DNA of 64,000 nucleotides from Lepidodermella squamata (lineage: Eukaryota > Animalia > Gastrotricha), in assembly GCA_047495785.1 (NCBI GenBank), contig JBLDXI010000034.1, positions 682,001 through 746,000 on the forward strand, written 5' to 3'. The notes under the pieces were generated by a model. The model had not been told where the DNA came from. It searched no databases and worked only from the letters and a program-made list of their open reading frames with translations. Of this stretch, positions 1 through 11,829 are shown piece after piece. How positions within the stretch are numbered: the stretch's first letter is position 1; every line of letters begins with the position of its first letter. The translations under genes and the position numbers were made by a program.

Positions 1-196
1 AGCAATTGTTACAGAGCCAGGTATTAAACCTTGAATTCGCGAAGTCAAAACAAAGACCAAGGTAAAAGTTAACAGGAACATCGGTAATTAATCAAAGTTT
101 CCGCAATGATTTTCGGCTGGGATTATTTGATTACTTCAACATTTGCGACAAATGAACCACGTCACGTACGCAAACCAGGTGCTTCCTCAAATTTTA

Positions 197-1966
197 TTAA
201 TAGCAATAGAAAGAAGAGCCAACCTTCGCTTTAGGAACAAAATTAAGCTTCAGTTTAATATACGGACGCCGATTGTACGGGACTTTATCCTGGTTGTTGT
301 GATACAAGTAATTAACGCTGCAAAATGTCGTCTCGGTGGCTACTGGTAACCCCCTCGCACGCCGGAAAGCCTCGATTCTCGCATCCATGATGTCGCATTT
401 CAGCAAATGCTCGCCATCTCCAATTCGCTGTGTCCACGTCCAGATGACGTTATCAATCCAATCCTTTTTCTTCTTGAGACTGACTAGAATAGGGAAAGAA
501 GTAATTCTGTCCGCCTCAGCTGTTTTTCGTGCGATTGTCAAGCCATATTGCCGGTAGATGGGTGGGTTTGACCCAGGATCCAGGCAAAATGCTGGCCCGC
601 CTGAGTCACCCTCGAAAACGCCAGTACCAAGTTTTCCCATATCGCCAGATTGAAGAATATCTAAAGCCCGAGAGAAAGAGACGTAGGAGTGTAGGCAGAA
701 GACTTCGTCATCTAGCTTCATATTGAGGTGCGTCTCGCAATGATCCTTAAGACGGCGGTAAAATCGAGCGATTTGAGGCTTTTTGGGCAGGAAATATTTG
801 ATTTCCTCGCCTATTTTCATCACGGTCACTCGATTCCCGTTTCTGGTCTGGTTAAGCGTGATTGTTTTCTCGATAAATTTTCTGTCCTGTCCCCAGCCTG
901 AAAAAACTGAATTTCGAGAAAAAGAGGCGTTTCGAAATTGTTACCCATCAAAAAGCAAATTTTGTCGTCACGAAAACTAAGTTCCTCTCCCATTTCATCA
1001 AGACCGTTCGAGTTGGGTGGTAACGGTGCTATGAATTCGCTGAATGAATCATCGGAAGAGGGTAAGGTACAAAGGATCCTTTCTTTACGGTGGGCAGGAT
1101 CAGTAGTGAAGTTAAGCATCGAACTATTTTCCACACGGAGATGGAGTAGCGCAATGTCGTTAGCAAAAGAATTTCTGCCATAGCCCACTGTTGTAACAAA
1201 ATTCTAAGCATTTTTGTTGTTTCTTTTTTCGGAAATCTCACCTGAAAGTTCCTTGTAATCGGAATGAAAGGCGTAGTGATCGACCGGAATATCGACGTAC
1301 TTGTGATTCTTCAGATCAATAGCATGACTACCCAGCCTAACGACCACCTCAAATTTTCGTTCGCATTTTTGAGGTGCGTAGCCATCGGACCAAATCCTAA
1401 AGATCAATAATTATCGAAAATTGGAATTTCAAGGGATGAAAAACTAACATTTTAGTCTTATCTTGAAAGTCTTGCATACAATGAGCTGCTGTGAGCACGA
1501 ATTGCGGATGGATCAGTGTCCCAGTGCAGACCCTTTTGTATTTTCTAAAATGCGAACAAAACTTAGCGAACAGACTCGGTTAACGGTATATTCACCCGAA
1601 TCTGTTTTTGATTTCACCATCAGTTTCGTTTCTGAAAAATCAGGTTTATGAAAGCTGAAAGCTGATCAGACCTTTCCTTACCGTCGCATGATCATCGCGA
1701 GCCACGGCGCAGCTCCAGGCGGTATCACTGCTCCATTTGTGATGCGTTTCGCCATTTTCGCTTTGAATTGAATATCATAAGCCGGACCAAAATGCGGCGA
1801 CATGCATCTCCTTGCTGCAAAGCAGAATCTGACTTGAATATGGGATAATTTCGAATGTAATGGTAATACTTTCTTTCGAATTCGCTGTGATATTCACTGG
1901 GCTTTGAGTGAACGAGCAATTTGACCACCGAGCCACAACAATTACCAATAAAATGGAAGATTTCAT
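197..1966 (-). CDS. Secreted trypsin-like (S1A) serine protease, multi-exon
   Basis: Signal peptide MKSSILLVIVVA; activation site KR|ITNG...APWLAMI; spliced catalytic motifs CTGTLIHPQFVLTAAHC, NDIALL, CFLM|GWG, GDSGGP. The 5' exon boundaries are uncertain. Confidence 0.9.
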
Positions 1967-2082
1967 CTCGCTTTATGAAAAAACACGATCTCTTCGAAAT
2001 ATTTTATTCACTTTTGGTAATTAGATACAGCTGCAAATGTCCATCTTCTACACTGACCCTCACGTTAGATTGAACGATGATG

Positions 2083-4950
2083 CTAAGCAACTACATTGAA
2101 TGATCTCATAATAAAGTCGTGGTCCAAATTCGCATCTCGGATAATAAAAATGTGAATATAAACAAATACAAAAATTCCGGCTATGAAAAAGTAACAATCA
2201 ACAACACGAATCAAGCCAATTCTTCCATTGAGAAATCGCGTTTGACGTCGCGATGGAACGTTAGGATCAAAGTAAGAAGCCGCCAGCGACAAGATCGAAA
2301 GGCTGTAGATGGTCGCTGCGATGCAAAACCACGTCAAACATTGAACCAGCCTGCCGAGGAGAGTGTCGTAGGGCTTTCTCGGAACTTCATTCAATACGGA
2401 ATTCTGCATTACAGTCATTGTTAATAGGACTGTGGCAGAAAAAGCAGCCCGATCCGGTAGATCAGGCGGCATCATGAATAAGAACAAATTAAGAGAAGCG
2501 AGGCTTGATGACGGAATCGCAAAGTTTTTGACGTAGTAACGAGGATTCCTCGCCAGCTTAACAGTGAACGTGAACGTTGAAACGTAATTGCCCTTGTAGA
2601 AATCTTGGCCTGTAGAATTTTCAATGGAGACAAGCGTCCAAATATCGCCTGCGCGACTGGAGATGTTAAAATCGAAAAGAGTCCGTTCGTCAACTCGGAC
2701 AATGTTGCGGCTTTGTTGGAGCGAGAATTTGAAATCGCACGTTTGCGTGTCGAATGGGAATAACTGCAGTGAGAGTTCACAGTTCGCCTCGAACAGGCCT
2801 TCCTTCTGCCAGTAAAAGTCGAACGTTCGGTTGGTTGTTGGGACCTTCGAAGACATCAACATCAAATAATCGTCATTGATCAGCATGCTTCGCATCAGAA
2901 GGTCAGAATTAGCTGCGGAGAGAAATCGGATTTTCGGTAGCCACAAATTGTTGAGATTGTCAATGTAGATTGTCTCGAAATTCTTGCCAGTTGGGAGGGC
3001 GGGCGATGAGAACCAAGGGCAAGTATTTACTCGCCAATAGAGGACCATCAACGCTTGGACTGTGATAGTCTCGCTAACTGTGTTAATCTCATTCAGGCCT
3101 GAGATCTGAAAGCCGACTTGGATTTTGAGAGGGGCGTCGTAGTTGGATAGGTTCTCGAAATTCCGAGGCGCATTAACTGAAGCGTTGAATTGGCCACAAT
3201 TTCGCTGTATCGAGGTCAAGTTGTCGATAGATTCGAATAGGTTGCTATCAAAGAACGGAACCATTTGTTGGGCGATCGAGTTGCCATTTGAGAAAATTGT
3301 TCGCTGCGAGACGAGCCGACCGCATGCGTTGCTCAAGTTGAAGACTTCGTCGGCGCCCAGAGCAGCATTGTAGAAATAAAAGCAAGCGAATTGTGTTGAT
3401 TCGTCGCCGGGGAGTGGCTGTGTAAGGTTTTCGTACCCGATGCCTATTTCCAATGAGAGATCATCAATGGATACTGCGCCTCTCGACCTGAATTCCCAGA
3501 ACGAGATGCAATCGCTCACTGAAACAATAAAAAAATTGCAATAGAAATCTTGGTTGCCTAAGAGGTGAGTATTAGGAAGGGGGTTATCTGAAATCTTTTT
3601 GCGAAATTTTGAAAAATCGAAATCAGTCGCTTTAATCATTCGGTTGTCCATGGAGAACCGTTAAATTGTTGAGGAAAAATTACCTTCCGGCGATTGCTCG
3701 TAGTAAATCGACTGGGAGTATACTGAGCAATTCAAATAAACTTCGTTAGAGGCGATCGCGAAGAACGACCAAGTTCCGGGATTGTTATAATTAACATAAT
3801 GAATTTCGGTAAATTTCGATATGGAGCGGACAATGAATTGCTTGCCATTCCCTGTTTCGCGGCAAGTAATGGTGAGGAAACCAGCGATTGTAGCAATTCC
3901 TGTTCCATCACCATCGCATGACGATTTTACGTAGAACGAAAGGGTGAAGGCCGAACGCGGCCTCGCCAAATGGTCATAGGCAACCAGCCCGCCGAATCGC
4001 CACGCTGTCGTCTTATTCCACGTAACGCTACCCTGCGCATAAGGCCCTTCAAATTTTATCTGCCTAACATTATAAATGCTTGGCCGTCGAGGTAAGATCG
4101 CGTTACTCGTCCCATCCCAGCCGATCAACTTCGAATCGAATGACAGCGGCCAGAAACCGATGAGATTGTCTCGTTGAGGAATGCTTGTCATATCGATTCG
4201 ATCGAAATCGCCCATTTTTGCTTTCGCGGCGTTGAGACACGGTTTCAGGAACAACGATTTCACCTCGTCTGCAGTCAGGACGATCTTATACAAGGTGATA
4301 CATGAAAGATCGAGGAATAACAGATTTTCAACTGTTTCGTCAGCCCACTTGCTAAATTTCCCGATCGTAAATTCTCGCCGAGTGTCTTTAACGTAAAGTT
4401 TATCCGGAACTGTGTAATTTTTTACGTATAATCTCCGATCGCGTGTTCCAATTCGGTAAAAGAATACCTCGTCTGAAGAGTCATGGTAGGTGAAAGCCAC
4501 CAAAATGCTATCGTCGTAATCGTCGCCTTCTACGTCTGAATCATCGCCTGCAAGATACCAACTATTGGGTCCTGTTCTCAAGCGAATACCAGCCGACAGC
4601 ATTTCGAATATGCCGTCTAATTCGATTGAGTCGAACCTGTAGCCAGTGTGCACCGAAACGGTGAAAGAACTCGGAACTTCCGATACCAAATAACTCGCTA
4701 TTTTGTTTCCCATAATCAGGTCGTAGTAGCCAGTATTAACTAAGTTGTTACTGCGGAATTTTACGGTGCTATTGTTCGGCAGCGGACGAAGCTCTTCGTT
4801 AGTTCTCGTGTATCCAGTGAGACCAGAATACGCGTCCATCGGCCAGAATGCGATGAGCTGGTCCAAGCGTGGCAGCTCCATCTTAGAGACATCCAAGCCA
4901 ATAGAATGTCCCAGCAAATAGCTCACGATGAGAGTAAGACCGAAATGCAT
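2083..4950 (-). CDS. Cys-loop ligand-gated ion channel subunit with two N-terminal LamG/pentraxin-like domains
   Basis: ORF 3661..4950 (signal peptide; LIAFWPMD...LSCITLYKIVLTADEV; second repeat NLIGFWPLS) joins ORF 2083..3651 through a phase-1 GT..AG intron 3683-3630 (PE g|cg TDF; an alternative same-phase acceptor lies near 3520). The second repeat ends at FACFYFYNAALGADEV. Channel part: WLPKI, Cys-loop CELSLQLFPFDTQTC, LARNPRYY pre-M1, four TM helices. Confidence 0.85.
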
Positions 4951-5607
4951 AGTTACTGTTGTGAAGTTTACCCGGCGGACTGCGAATATATTTCATTCGA
5001 AAACGTCAAGTTTATATCACCTGAGTGTGACTTCGGGATTTAATTTCCTGTTTAGTCTGTAAGCAATATTTCAGGTATTTGGCTGCACGGGAATTGGAAA
5101 TTGGATATATTTGCAAGCAATCGATTCAGGTTTTGCCAAAATACATTCCTATGTCATGTGATCTTTCGGTGAACTTTATTGATATTGAATGGCAGACCAA
5201 TAATCCGGAGTGCGGCGAACTGAAGGTGACCGACTACGACTTACATGTCGGTTTGGGTCTGCTTTGACAAATTCGTTTCGTTTTGGTTTTATTCGAGATT
5301 CCGACTTGATAAAAGGAAGGAAAATGATAAAAAGTGTTTAGTGTCTAGTTTCATGCACTTGCGCAACAATTTTCGGAATCGTCGATGTTGTGAGGTTGAG
5401 AAGCTCTAGAAATTTCAAATCCAATTCTAATCCAAGAATTTTCATTATTTTTAACACGTTTTATTATGTTGAAATATCTTATCTCTCAACTTCTCGAACA
5501 TTTCTTATCTGACCCCTGAGAAGGCTTCTGTATGCTGGCGTGACACCTGAACTACCAAGATAACAGTCTTCAATTATGAACGCTGTAACTAGAAAACACT
5601 GAGCATA

Positions 5608-6603
5608 ATGATTTTACTGATTTTCACCGCTCTTCTAGTTGCAGGAACTTACGGCTGCACTGTTCACACAACCCCTGCAGATTTGGGTGGAAACGGCGAT
5701 GTGGTCTATCTCGACCGCCATAGCGTTAAATGTCCAGAGCCTGATCAATTAATCGCAGCTTTCGGCCTGAAACGACCCCAATCAAACTTGATTTACTACG
5801 AATACACCTGCTGCCCTGTTCCAGTCATCGATCAATGCTACGAAAAAGTGAATTCATGGTCCGAGACGAAAAATGCGTACTATTTAGACCGGCAAACAGT
5901 CGATTGCGGCCGGAATGGATTTTTGAAAGAATTCAAGCTCGAACGGGAACATCGCGACAACCGGAAAATGAGATACCGCTACACGTGTTGTAGCGTCGGC
6001 GAAATCGGAACATGCGAAATGCAACACACGCAGTACAAAGATGACGGCGGTGGCAATGTTTTCTACCTGGACAGACATCACGCTCGTTGCCCGGATAACC
6101 ATCTGATGAACTGGTTTCATTTACAGCGGTCTTACCCAACAGGCATGTATCGCTACGATTTCGTTTGCTGCGATGTTCCTTTCGATATTTGCGGCGTTCC
6201 GGATGATCAATTTGAGAATATTTTCACATGTGATGCGTCTCGGTCTCAGGAAGCGATGACTTGCGCATTTTCGAAACGAACTGGTACAAGTAGGACTACA
6301 ACTTCCTCCCAGAAAACGATCAACACTAGGACCAGCCAAAAACTTGAGGAGGAGTTTAAAGACAATTTAGACCCAAGCAACTCGACATCGTACTTTTGGG
6401 GTATGGAGACGTCTGAGACGTTTAAGGAGGAGCAGACGTTCAGTGTTGAGACACGATGCTCGGCTGGTTCGATTTGCGAGATGCAGCAAATCGTTGGTTA
6501 CTGCGCTCATTATGCCGTCCGGGCTAACTACTTCCGACTTAAGACATCGCGCCCAAACACAAGATCGGTTAAATACGAAATCGTCAAACTTGGGCCTAAT
6601 TAA
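5608..6603 (+). CDS. Secreted Cys-rich protein: 3x YLDR[H/Q]xxxC...YxYxCC-like repeats plus C-terminal aerolysin/natterin-like beta domain
   Basis: Intronless 331-aa ORF with signal peptide and three clear internal repeats; the C-terminus is Ser/Thr-rich (TCD...TCAFSKRTGTS...YFW...SETF...QIVGYC); AATAAA follows at ~6634. Confidence 0.75.
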   Translation: MILLIFTALLVAGTYGCTVHTTPADLGGNGDVVYLDRHSVKCPEPDQLIAAFGLKRPQSNLIYYEYTCCPVPVIDQCYEKVNSWSETKNAYYLDRQTVDCGRNGFLKEFKLEREHRDNRKMRYRYTCCSVGEIGTCEMQHTQYKDDGGGNVFYLDRHHARCPDNHLMNWFHLQRSYPTGMYRYDFVCCDVPFDICGVPDDQFENIFTCDASRSQEAMTCAFSKRTGTSRTTTSSQKTINTRTSQKLEEEFKDNLDPSNSTSYFWGMETSETFKEEQTFSVETRCSAGSICEMQQIVGYCAHYAVRANYFRLKTSRPNTRSVKYEIVKLGPN

Positions 6604-7082
6604 ACTGTTGAATTGAGAGCTTGCATTTTTTCAAATAAATATGCAATTTCCGCGTAAAATCATTGATAATTCGCTTTTCATCGATTTCTCAATTTGTGCG
6701 TCTTAATTCCATGGGGCAAGCGATGGACACCAATTTGCGTCGCGTTAAATTGGTGGTCAGCATGAATTAATAAATGACTCATATATATTTTGCCACTATT
6801 TGGTTGTAATTTGTATATCAACAATAATAAATTACAAAATTGAGTGTGAGAAAACTGGGCTATGGGCCTCAGACCCGCTATCATAGTAGCACTTTTTCAT
6901 TGATTTAAAGCAGCTCAGTGGTTGCTTTTAGATGTTTTCTATAAAAAAAACCAGAACGCAATCAGTTAAATTGTTTCGCTTAGACCAAATGTTGTTTGTT
7001 TATCGCTTTTGGTAAAACAATCACGCACTCGACTTTGGAAAGCAGTGCAATTCAGACAATTCTTTAGCTACTGGACAGGAGA

Positions 7083-9671
7083 ATGACGTCCTTGGTCAAA
7101 TACGCTGTTCTTGCACTTTATTGGACAATTTTACCGAGTTACTGCCACGAAGTTCCTTGGGCTACCGAAATACAAACAACCCCTCCAGGTTTGAGAGGAG
7201 CCCGCTGCTATATAAATCCTAATTCTATCATTTTTTCATGAATTACAGGAATTCGAGAGAATATCGGCCGGCCATCGTATACCCGCGAGTTTCTAATGTA
7301 ATTCGGGTCTTATATTACTGAAATTTCAGATCTGGCAAGAATTTATCTGCGTTTCCTGTTACGGATCTCGCGCGGAAGCCTCATACAGACGAGCAGCGGC
7401 TGCTACGCGATTTGATGACTGGCTACCTCATTTCAACTCGGCCCGTTCTCAAAAAGTCCACTTGCGTAACTGTAGGAATTGGCCTTACAGTGACGCAGAT
7501 TTTCGAGTTGGACGAGAAGAATGAGGTGCTTATCACTAATGTGTGGCTCGACCAAGAGTGGACGGATGAGTACTTACGCTGGGATCCTGCTAATTACAGG
7601 TAAATAGGAAATAAGAAACCGCTCTAAGGAGAATTCGGAATCCACATTTTTCTCTAGTGGCCTCTCCATGATTCGAATACCATCCTCGAAAATTTGGCTG
7701 CCCGGTATGCTCAATTGCATTTTTTCGAGGAATTTCAAAGACATTTTCTGTATTTTTTAGACATCGTCCTTTACAACAAGTAAAAGTCTATTGGATGATT
7801 GTTGTAGCGCCTTTTTTATTGAATTTCTTAGTGCTGCGGACTTCTCTGGGCGCTACATTGATACAAGAGCGATGATAGGGCATACGGGCTACATCTTTTG
7901 GCCGGTTCCTGTCAAACTGTTCAGCAGCTGTAAGGTTAATGTGAAGGTAAAATGCTAAAACCTAGAGAAATGCATACAAAATCGTGTCTTTCAACGCAGT
8001 ATTTCCCATTTGATGAACAAGTGGTAAGCATAATTTATAAAACTGTAAATATAAAGCTTGAATTTTCTTCATTGTTAGTGTCACATGAAATTCGGAAGTT
8101 GGACATACGGTAAACATTTGAATTTTGAATTTACAATCAGCCAATTTTCTAATTTTGTTGGTTTCGTAGACGGCTTCAAACTTGATCTCACAAATCGTTC
8201 GGAAGGCGTAGACCTCTCGAACTATATTGTCAGCGGAGAATGGGACTTACTCCGCGTTGAGCAGGTGTGCTGTTCAACTTTCCATCTCCTAAAATTACAA
8301 CAATTTTGTTCCCCATCAGTTTCGAAATGTTGTCACCTACACTTGCTGCGAGGAGCCATATCCGGTATGATTTTCATCGGCATTTCTAGAGAAAAAATTA
8401 TAAAAAGAATTTTTACACAGGATATGACATTTTACGTGAGTTGATCTAGATTTTCAATTGCAAAGTCTACAGTCTTATTTTCCTCTCCAGTTTTACATAA
8501 GACGAAAGACTCTATACTATCTCCACAACGTATTCTTTCCTTGCTTTGGTAGGTTAACTAATCACTTCTGAGAAAAAAAAATTGCATCTTTGATCCTCAG
8601 TTATGTCTTCACTAACGGTACTAGTGTTCCTTTTGCCTCCGGATTCGGGCGAAAAATGCGCGGTAAATGAATTTGCTGAACTGATATCTTAGAAACTCCC
8701 ATTTTTGAATAACAGCTCGGAATCACTGTGATGCTATCGTTTGCCGTGTTCATGTAAGTAATATTAGGCTATTCCAATGCGTTTTATATCAAATTGTTCC
8801 ATAGGCTGACTGTTATCGAAAAATTACCCGAAACATCCGAATCTGTACCTTTGATAAGTGAGTTTTTCACAAACACCCTTTTTTATTTAACAGCTTGTAT
8901 TTCACACAGAACTTTTATGCGTAATTTTCTATTTCCTGACAAATGAAAATGGGTGTATTAGCCATTTTTTTTTCAACGTTTTTAGGCATTTATTTGACTG
9001 TGGTCATGTCAATGACCGCTATTTCCGTCATTCTATGCGTTATCCTACTCAACCTCCATCACAAAACTGCAAGGAGTTCTCACGTCGCCGGGTGGGTACT
9101 GCGTTTCTTCGAAAAGATCGCACCCCTCATTTGCATGGACGACAAACGCCCACCGCCTCCAAGTTCCCACTACGACGACGAGTCATTCGAAGAGGACGTT
9201 GTGTATCTTGAGGACAAAATGCCGGCAAAATCGCCGAGCCATAGGTCCCACATGAGTGTTGCCTTTGACCTACCTGATGACGAAATCAGCTCGGACCAGT
9301 TACCGATCAAACAAACGACCAGTTGTTACGGTAGCATGTTAAATCAAGCGGAAAAAGCCTCCTTAATCTCCTCGACCTCAACCCATCAAGTCTTACGGCT
9401 GAGTTTGAACGATTTTATCACAGCTTTAGGCGGGGAGGTCGATGCTATTGGCACGGATATGTTCACTATCGCCCCGGATAAAGCTTTGGCTACAGCGATT
9501 GTTCGAATAATGGATAGGGAACGGAAAGACTCTGATGTCGAAGCGATGATCCAAGACTGGCGTCGATTGGCTGAAATCATCGATCGAATGCTGTTTTGGC
9601 TGTTCCTAATTATAACATTCTCATTCACTGTCTTCATCCTATTCGTAGCCCCGGCAGCTAAATTGCTCTGA
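7083..9671 (+). CDS. Nicotinic acetylcholine receptor alpha-type subunit (~16 exons)
   Basis: Spliced: EQRLLRDL, RPV, DEKNEVL..NVWLDQEWTDEYLRWDP, IWLP|DIVLYNN, CKVNVK|YFPFDEQV|CHMKFGSWTY, loop C YTCCEEPYP, IRRKTLYY, LPPDSGEK, PETSESVPLI, M4 DWRRLAEIIDRMLFW. Confidence 0.95.
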
Positions 9672-9817
9672 TTTTGCAACACTCTTTATTGTAATATACA
9701 CATTTAGAACAATAGACTGAAAGTCACGTAAGATGCGTAGATTAAATGAGTTTTAGCAATCAAACTGGCAGTCATGAGAATAAAAAGTCAATGTTTTTCA
9801 GTACCAATTAGCCTTCC

Positions 9818-11048
9818 TTAATCACCAATTAGTGCGAGTAGCGTTTTCTTGTAATCCCCTGAAGTTTCGTCCTAATTGAACAAAAATCAATATATTACTA
9901 ATAGGCTTAGCATTGATCAAGCCAACCTGAACTGCACTGCCGAGAGATTTGCCGTACAATCGTTGGTATTCGCTTTTTACGTCTGCCAGATCGAAATCGC
10001 AGTGCATAACAATAAGGCGCATTAGTAGATTGTCTTTTGTTCCAGCTCCGACCATAGCATCGTGCAAACGATGGGCGAGAAAAGCAGGGCGATTCCTAAT
10101 TATATCGACTTGAAAAAAGAAAGATTAAGCTCTTTCGAAAGCGAAGAATTTTGAAAATCGAAAAATAATGAATTAAAAAATTTCAGAAATTTCAGAATAT
10201 TCTACTATTTAAAAAACGATTTTTCAAGCAAAAAACTAAATCTTAATGTTTTACCCATTGCTTCAAGGCCATAGGCAATATCTCCGCTGAATTCGCTCTT
10301 GATAACATCCGAAATGTCCTTCTTGTATTCCTGGCCATAGACTTCGAACGTCTCTCGCAGCTGAGCGTAACTTCGAGTGGTCAAAATCGAAATGAACCGG
10401 TTCTCATCCGTTCCAACTTTGTCCTGGCCAGCCTCGTAAAGTGTCTTGGCATCAACCAGCGCAGAAGCGTGGTCAACATTCGTACTGTTTGGCCGATTAC
10501 CGGCAATAACAGCATTCAGAAGGGCTCGGAAATCTCCGCTTGTATCTTTTGAAATCGCCTCTTGCAAAGGTTTTCCATAAACTGGAAGTCTCAAAATTCA
10601 AGCTCAATTAATTAGGAAAATTGCTTGGCTTACGTTCTTTGTACTTGAGTTCAATTGCGTTGAGATCGTCATTCGTTCGTGTGAAGAGAATCTCAACCAC
10701 AGAAGCTTCATCAGTGCCAAGACCCTCAATCGCATGATGAAGCTCCATAGCCGCTAGTTCAACAGGAGTCTTCAACAATCGCTCGATAACATGGTGAAAA
10801 TTGCCGCTGGTCTCGCTCGCAATATCCCGCTCGAGATCTCGACCGAGAACCGTCGCATAGACAGACTCGATCTCTTTACGTTGCTGCCACGATCGGTGGC
10901 AAAGGACAGCTATAATCGCGTCCTCATCCGTACCAGCGCCTTTCATAGCATTTCGAAGAGTCTCGCTGTCCTCTTTCGCGTTGAAATTCGGCTGCGGCTT
11001 AACAGTCGGCGAATGGCGCTCGGCCATGATAGTCTGCGGCATTGCCAT
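9818..11048 (-). CDS. Annexin (four annexin repeats, 4 exons)
   Basis: MKGAGTDE, IEGLGTDE, DKVGTDE and MVGAGTKD repeats; C-terminal ETSGDYKKTLLALIGD*; ATG at 11048 chosen over the upstream in-frame ATG at 11129. Confidence 0.95.
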
Positions 11049-11286
11049 TTTCGGGGTTGTAGAAATAGGTTTAGTAGCGGCTACGCGACTATTTGTGTGA
11101 TGATGTGACTGCTGCGTTGTGTGCTTCATTTTTTATAGCAATATCCGCGCCGATCAATTATTAATGACAGGAAATTGTACTGCTATGCCTTTTCCCGCAG
11201 GGAATAAAGCAAACATGTTCTGCCTTTATTGATCTTTCCGGTCAGATTTAATCATCCATGATTTTAGTGCAAAAATAAGCCACAGA

Positions 11287-11829
11287 TCATGGATTAACAT
11301 AAATCGATACGGGCTGGCCAATTTTTGTAAAATTAAGATTAACATGATAAAAAGCTCGGTTATGCGCGTTGATCACATTTTCACCAACCCCAATAACCAC
11401 ATGTTCGTAATTTTTCGTGAAAATCACAGATCCAGCCTTGACGCAGTCTTTAGTTGTGCCGCAATTCTTCCAGCCGAATGCTTTTAGGAACTCGTAAAGC
11501 CCAGGTTGGCCTCGATTTCGATTTGCAGCCCATTCCAGGTTGTAGCTAACGTTTTGAAATTTGTAATTTCGCAAGCTGTGGTGGAGGCTGTCGGTTTTTA
11601 GGCTGGGCAAATAACCCCCAGCGACGAGAGATCGCGTAACAAATTCAGCACACCTGTACTTGGTCTGATATCGTCCAGCCGGGAGCGTCTCCTCACAGGT
11701 GTAGTTCTTACAGTTCCATTGGCGGTCCGAGAATTCAATTAATGCCGTTGGATTTGGTTTCGCGAGCAGAATTTGTGCGGAAAGAAGGGCTACTGTAACA
11801 GCTAATATTACCGCTCCTAGCCGAGCCAT
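11287..11829 (-). CDS. Secreted NlpC/P60-superfamily putative amidase (Amidase_6-like)
   Basis: Intronless 180-aa ORF with signal peptide; YRCAEFVTRSLVAGG (candidate catalytic Cys), GSVIF, HVVIGVG, INAHN (His residues). Confidence 0.7.
   Translation of the reverse strand: MARLGAVILAVTVALLSAQILLAKPNPTALIEFSDRQWNCKNYTCEETLPAGRYQTKYRCAEFVTRSLVAGGYLPSLKTDSLHHSLRNYKFQNVSYNLEWAANRNRGQPGLYEFLKAFGWKNCGTTKDCVKAGSVIFTKNYEHVVIGVGENVINAHNRAFYHVNLNFTKIGQPVSIYVNP

Noticed and set aside
826-945. Apparent programmed frameshift in the protease (overlapping ORFs)
   Set aside because: Explained by a short GT-AG intron that restores CFLMGWG.
3652-3683. Two-gene operon-like arrangement or stop-codon readthrough between ORFs 3661..4950 and 2083..3651
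   Set aside because: A phase-matched 54-nt GT-AG intron removes the stop, and the second ORF has no signal peptide of its own.
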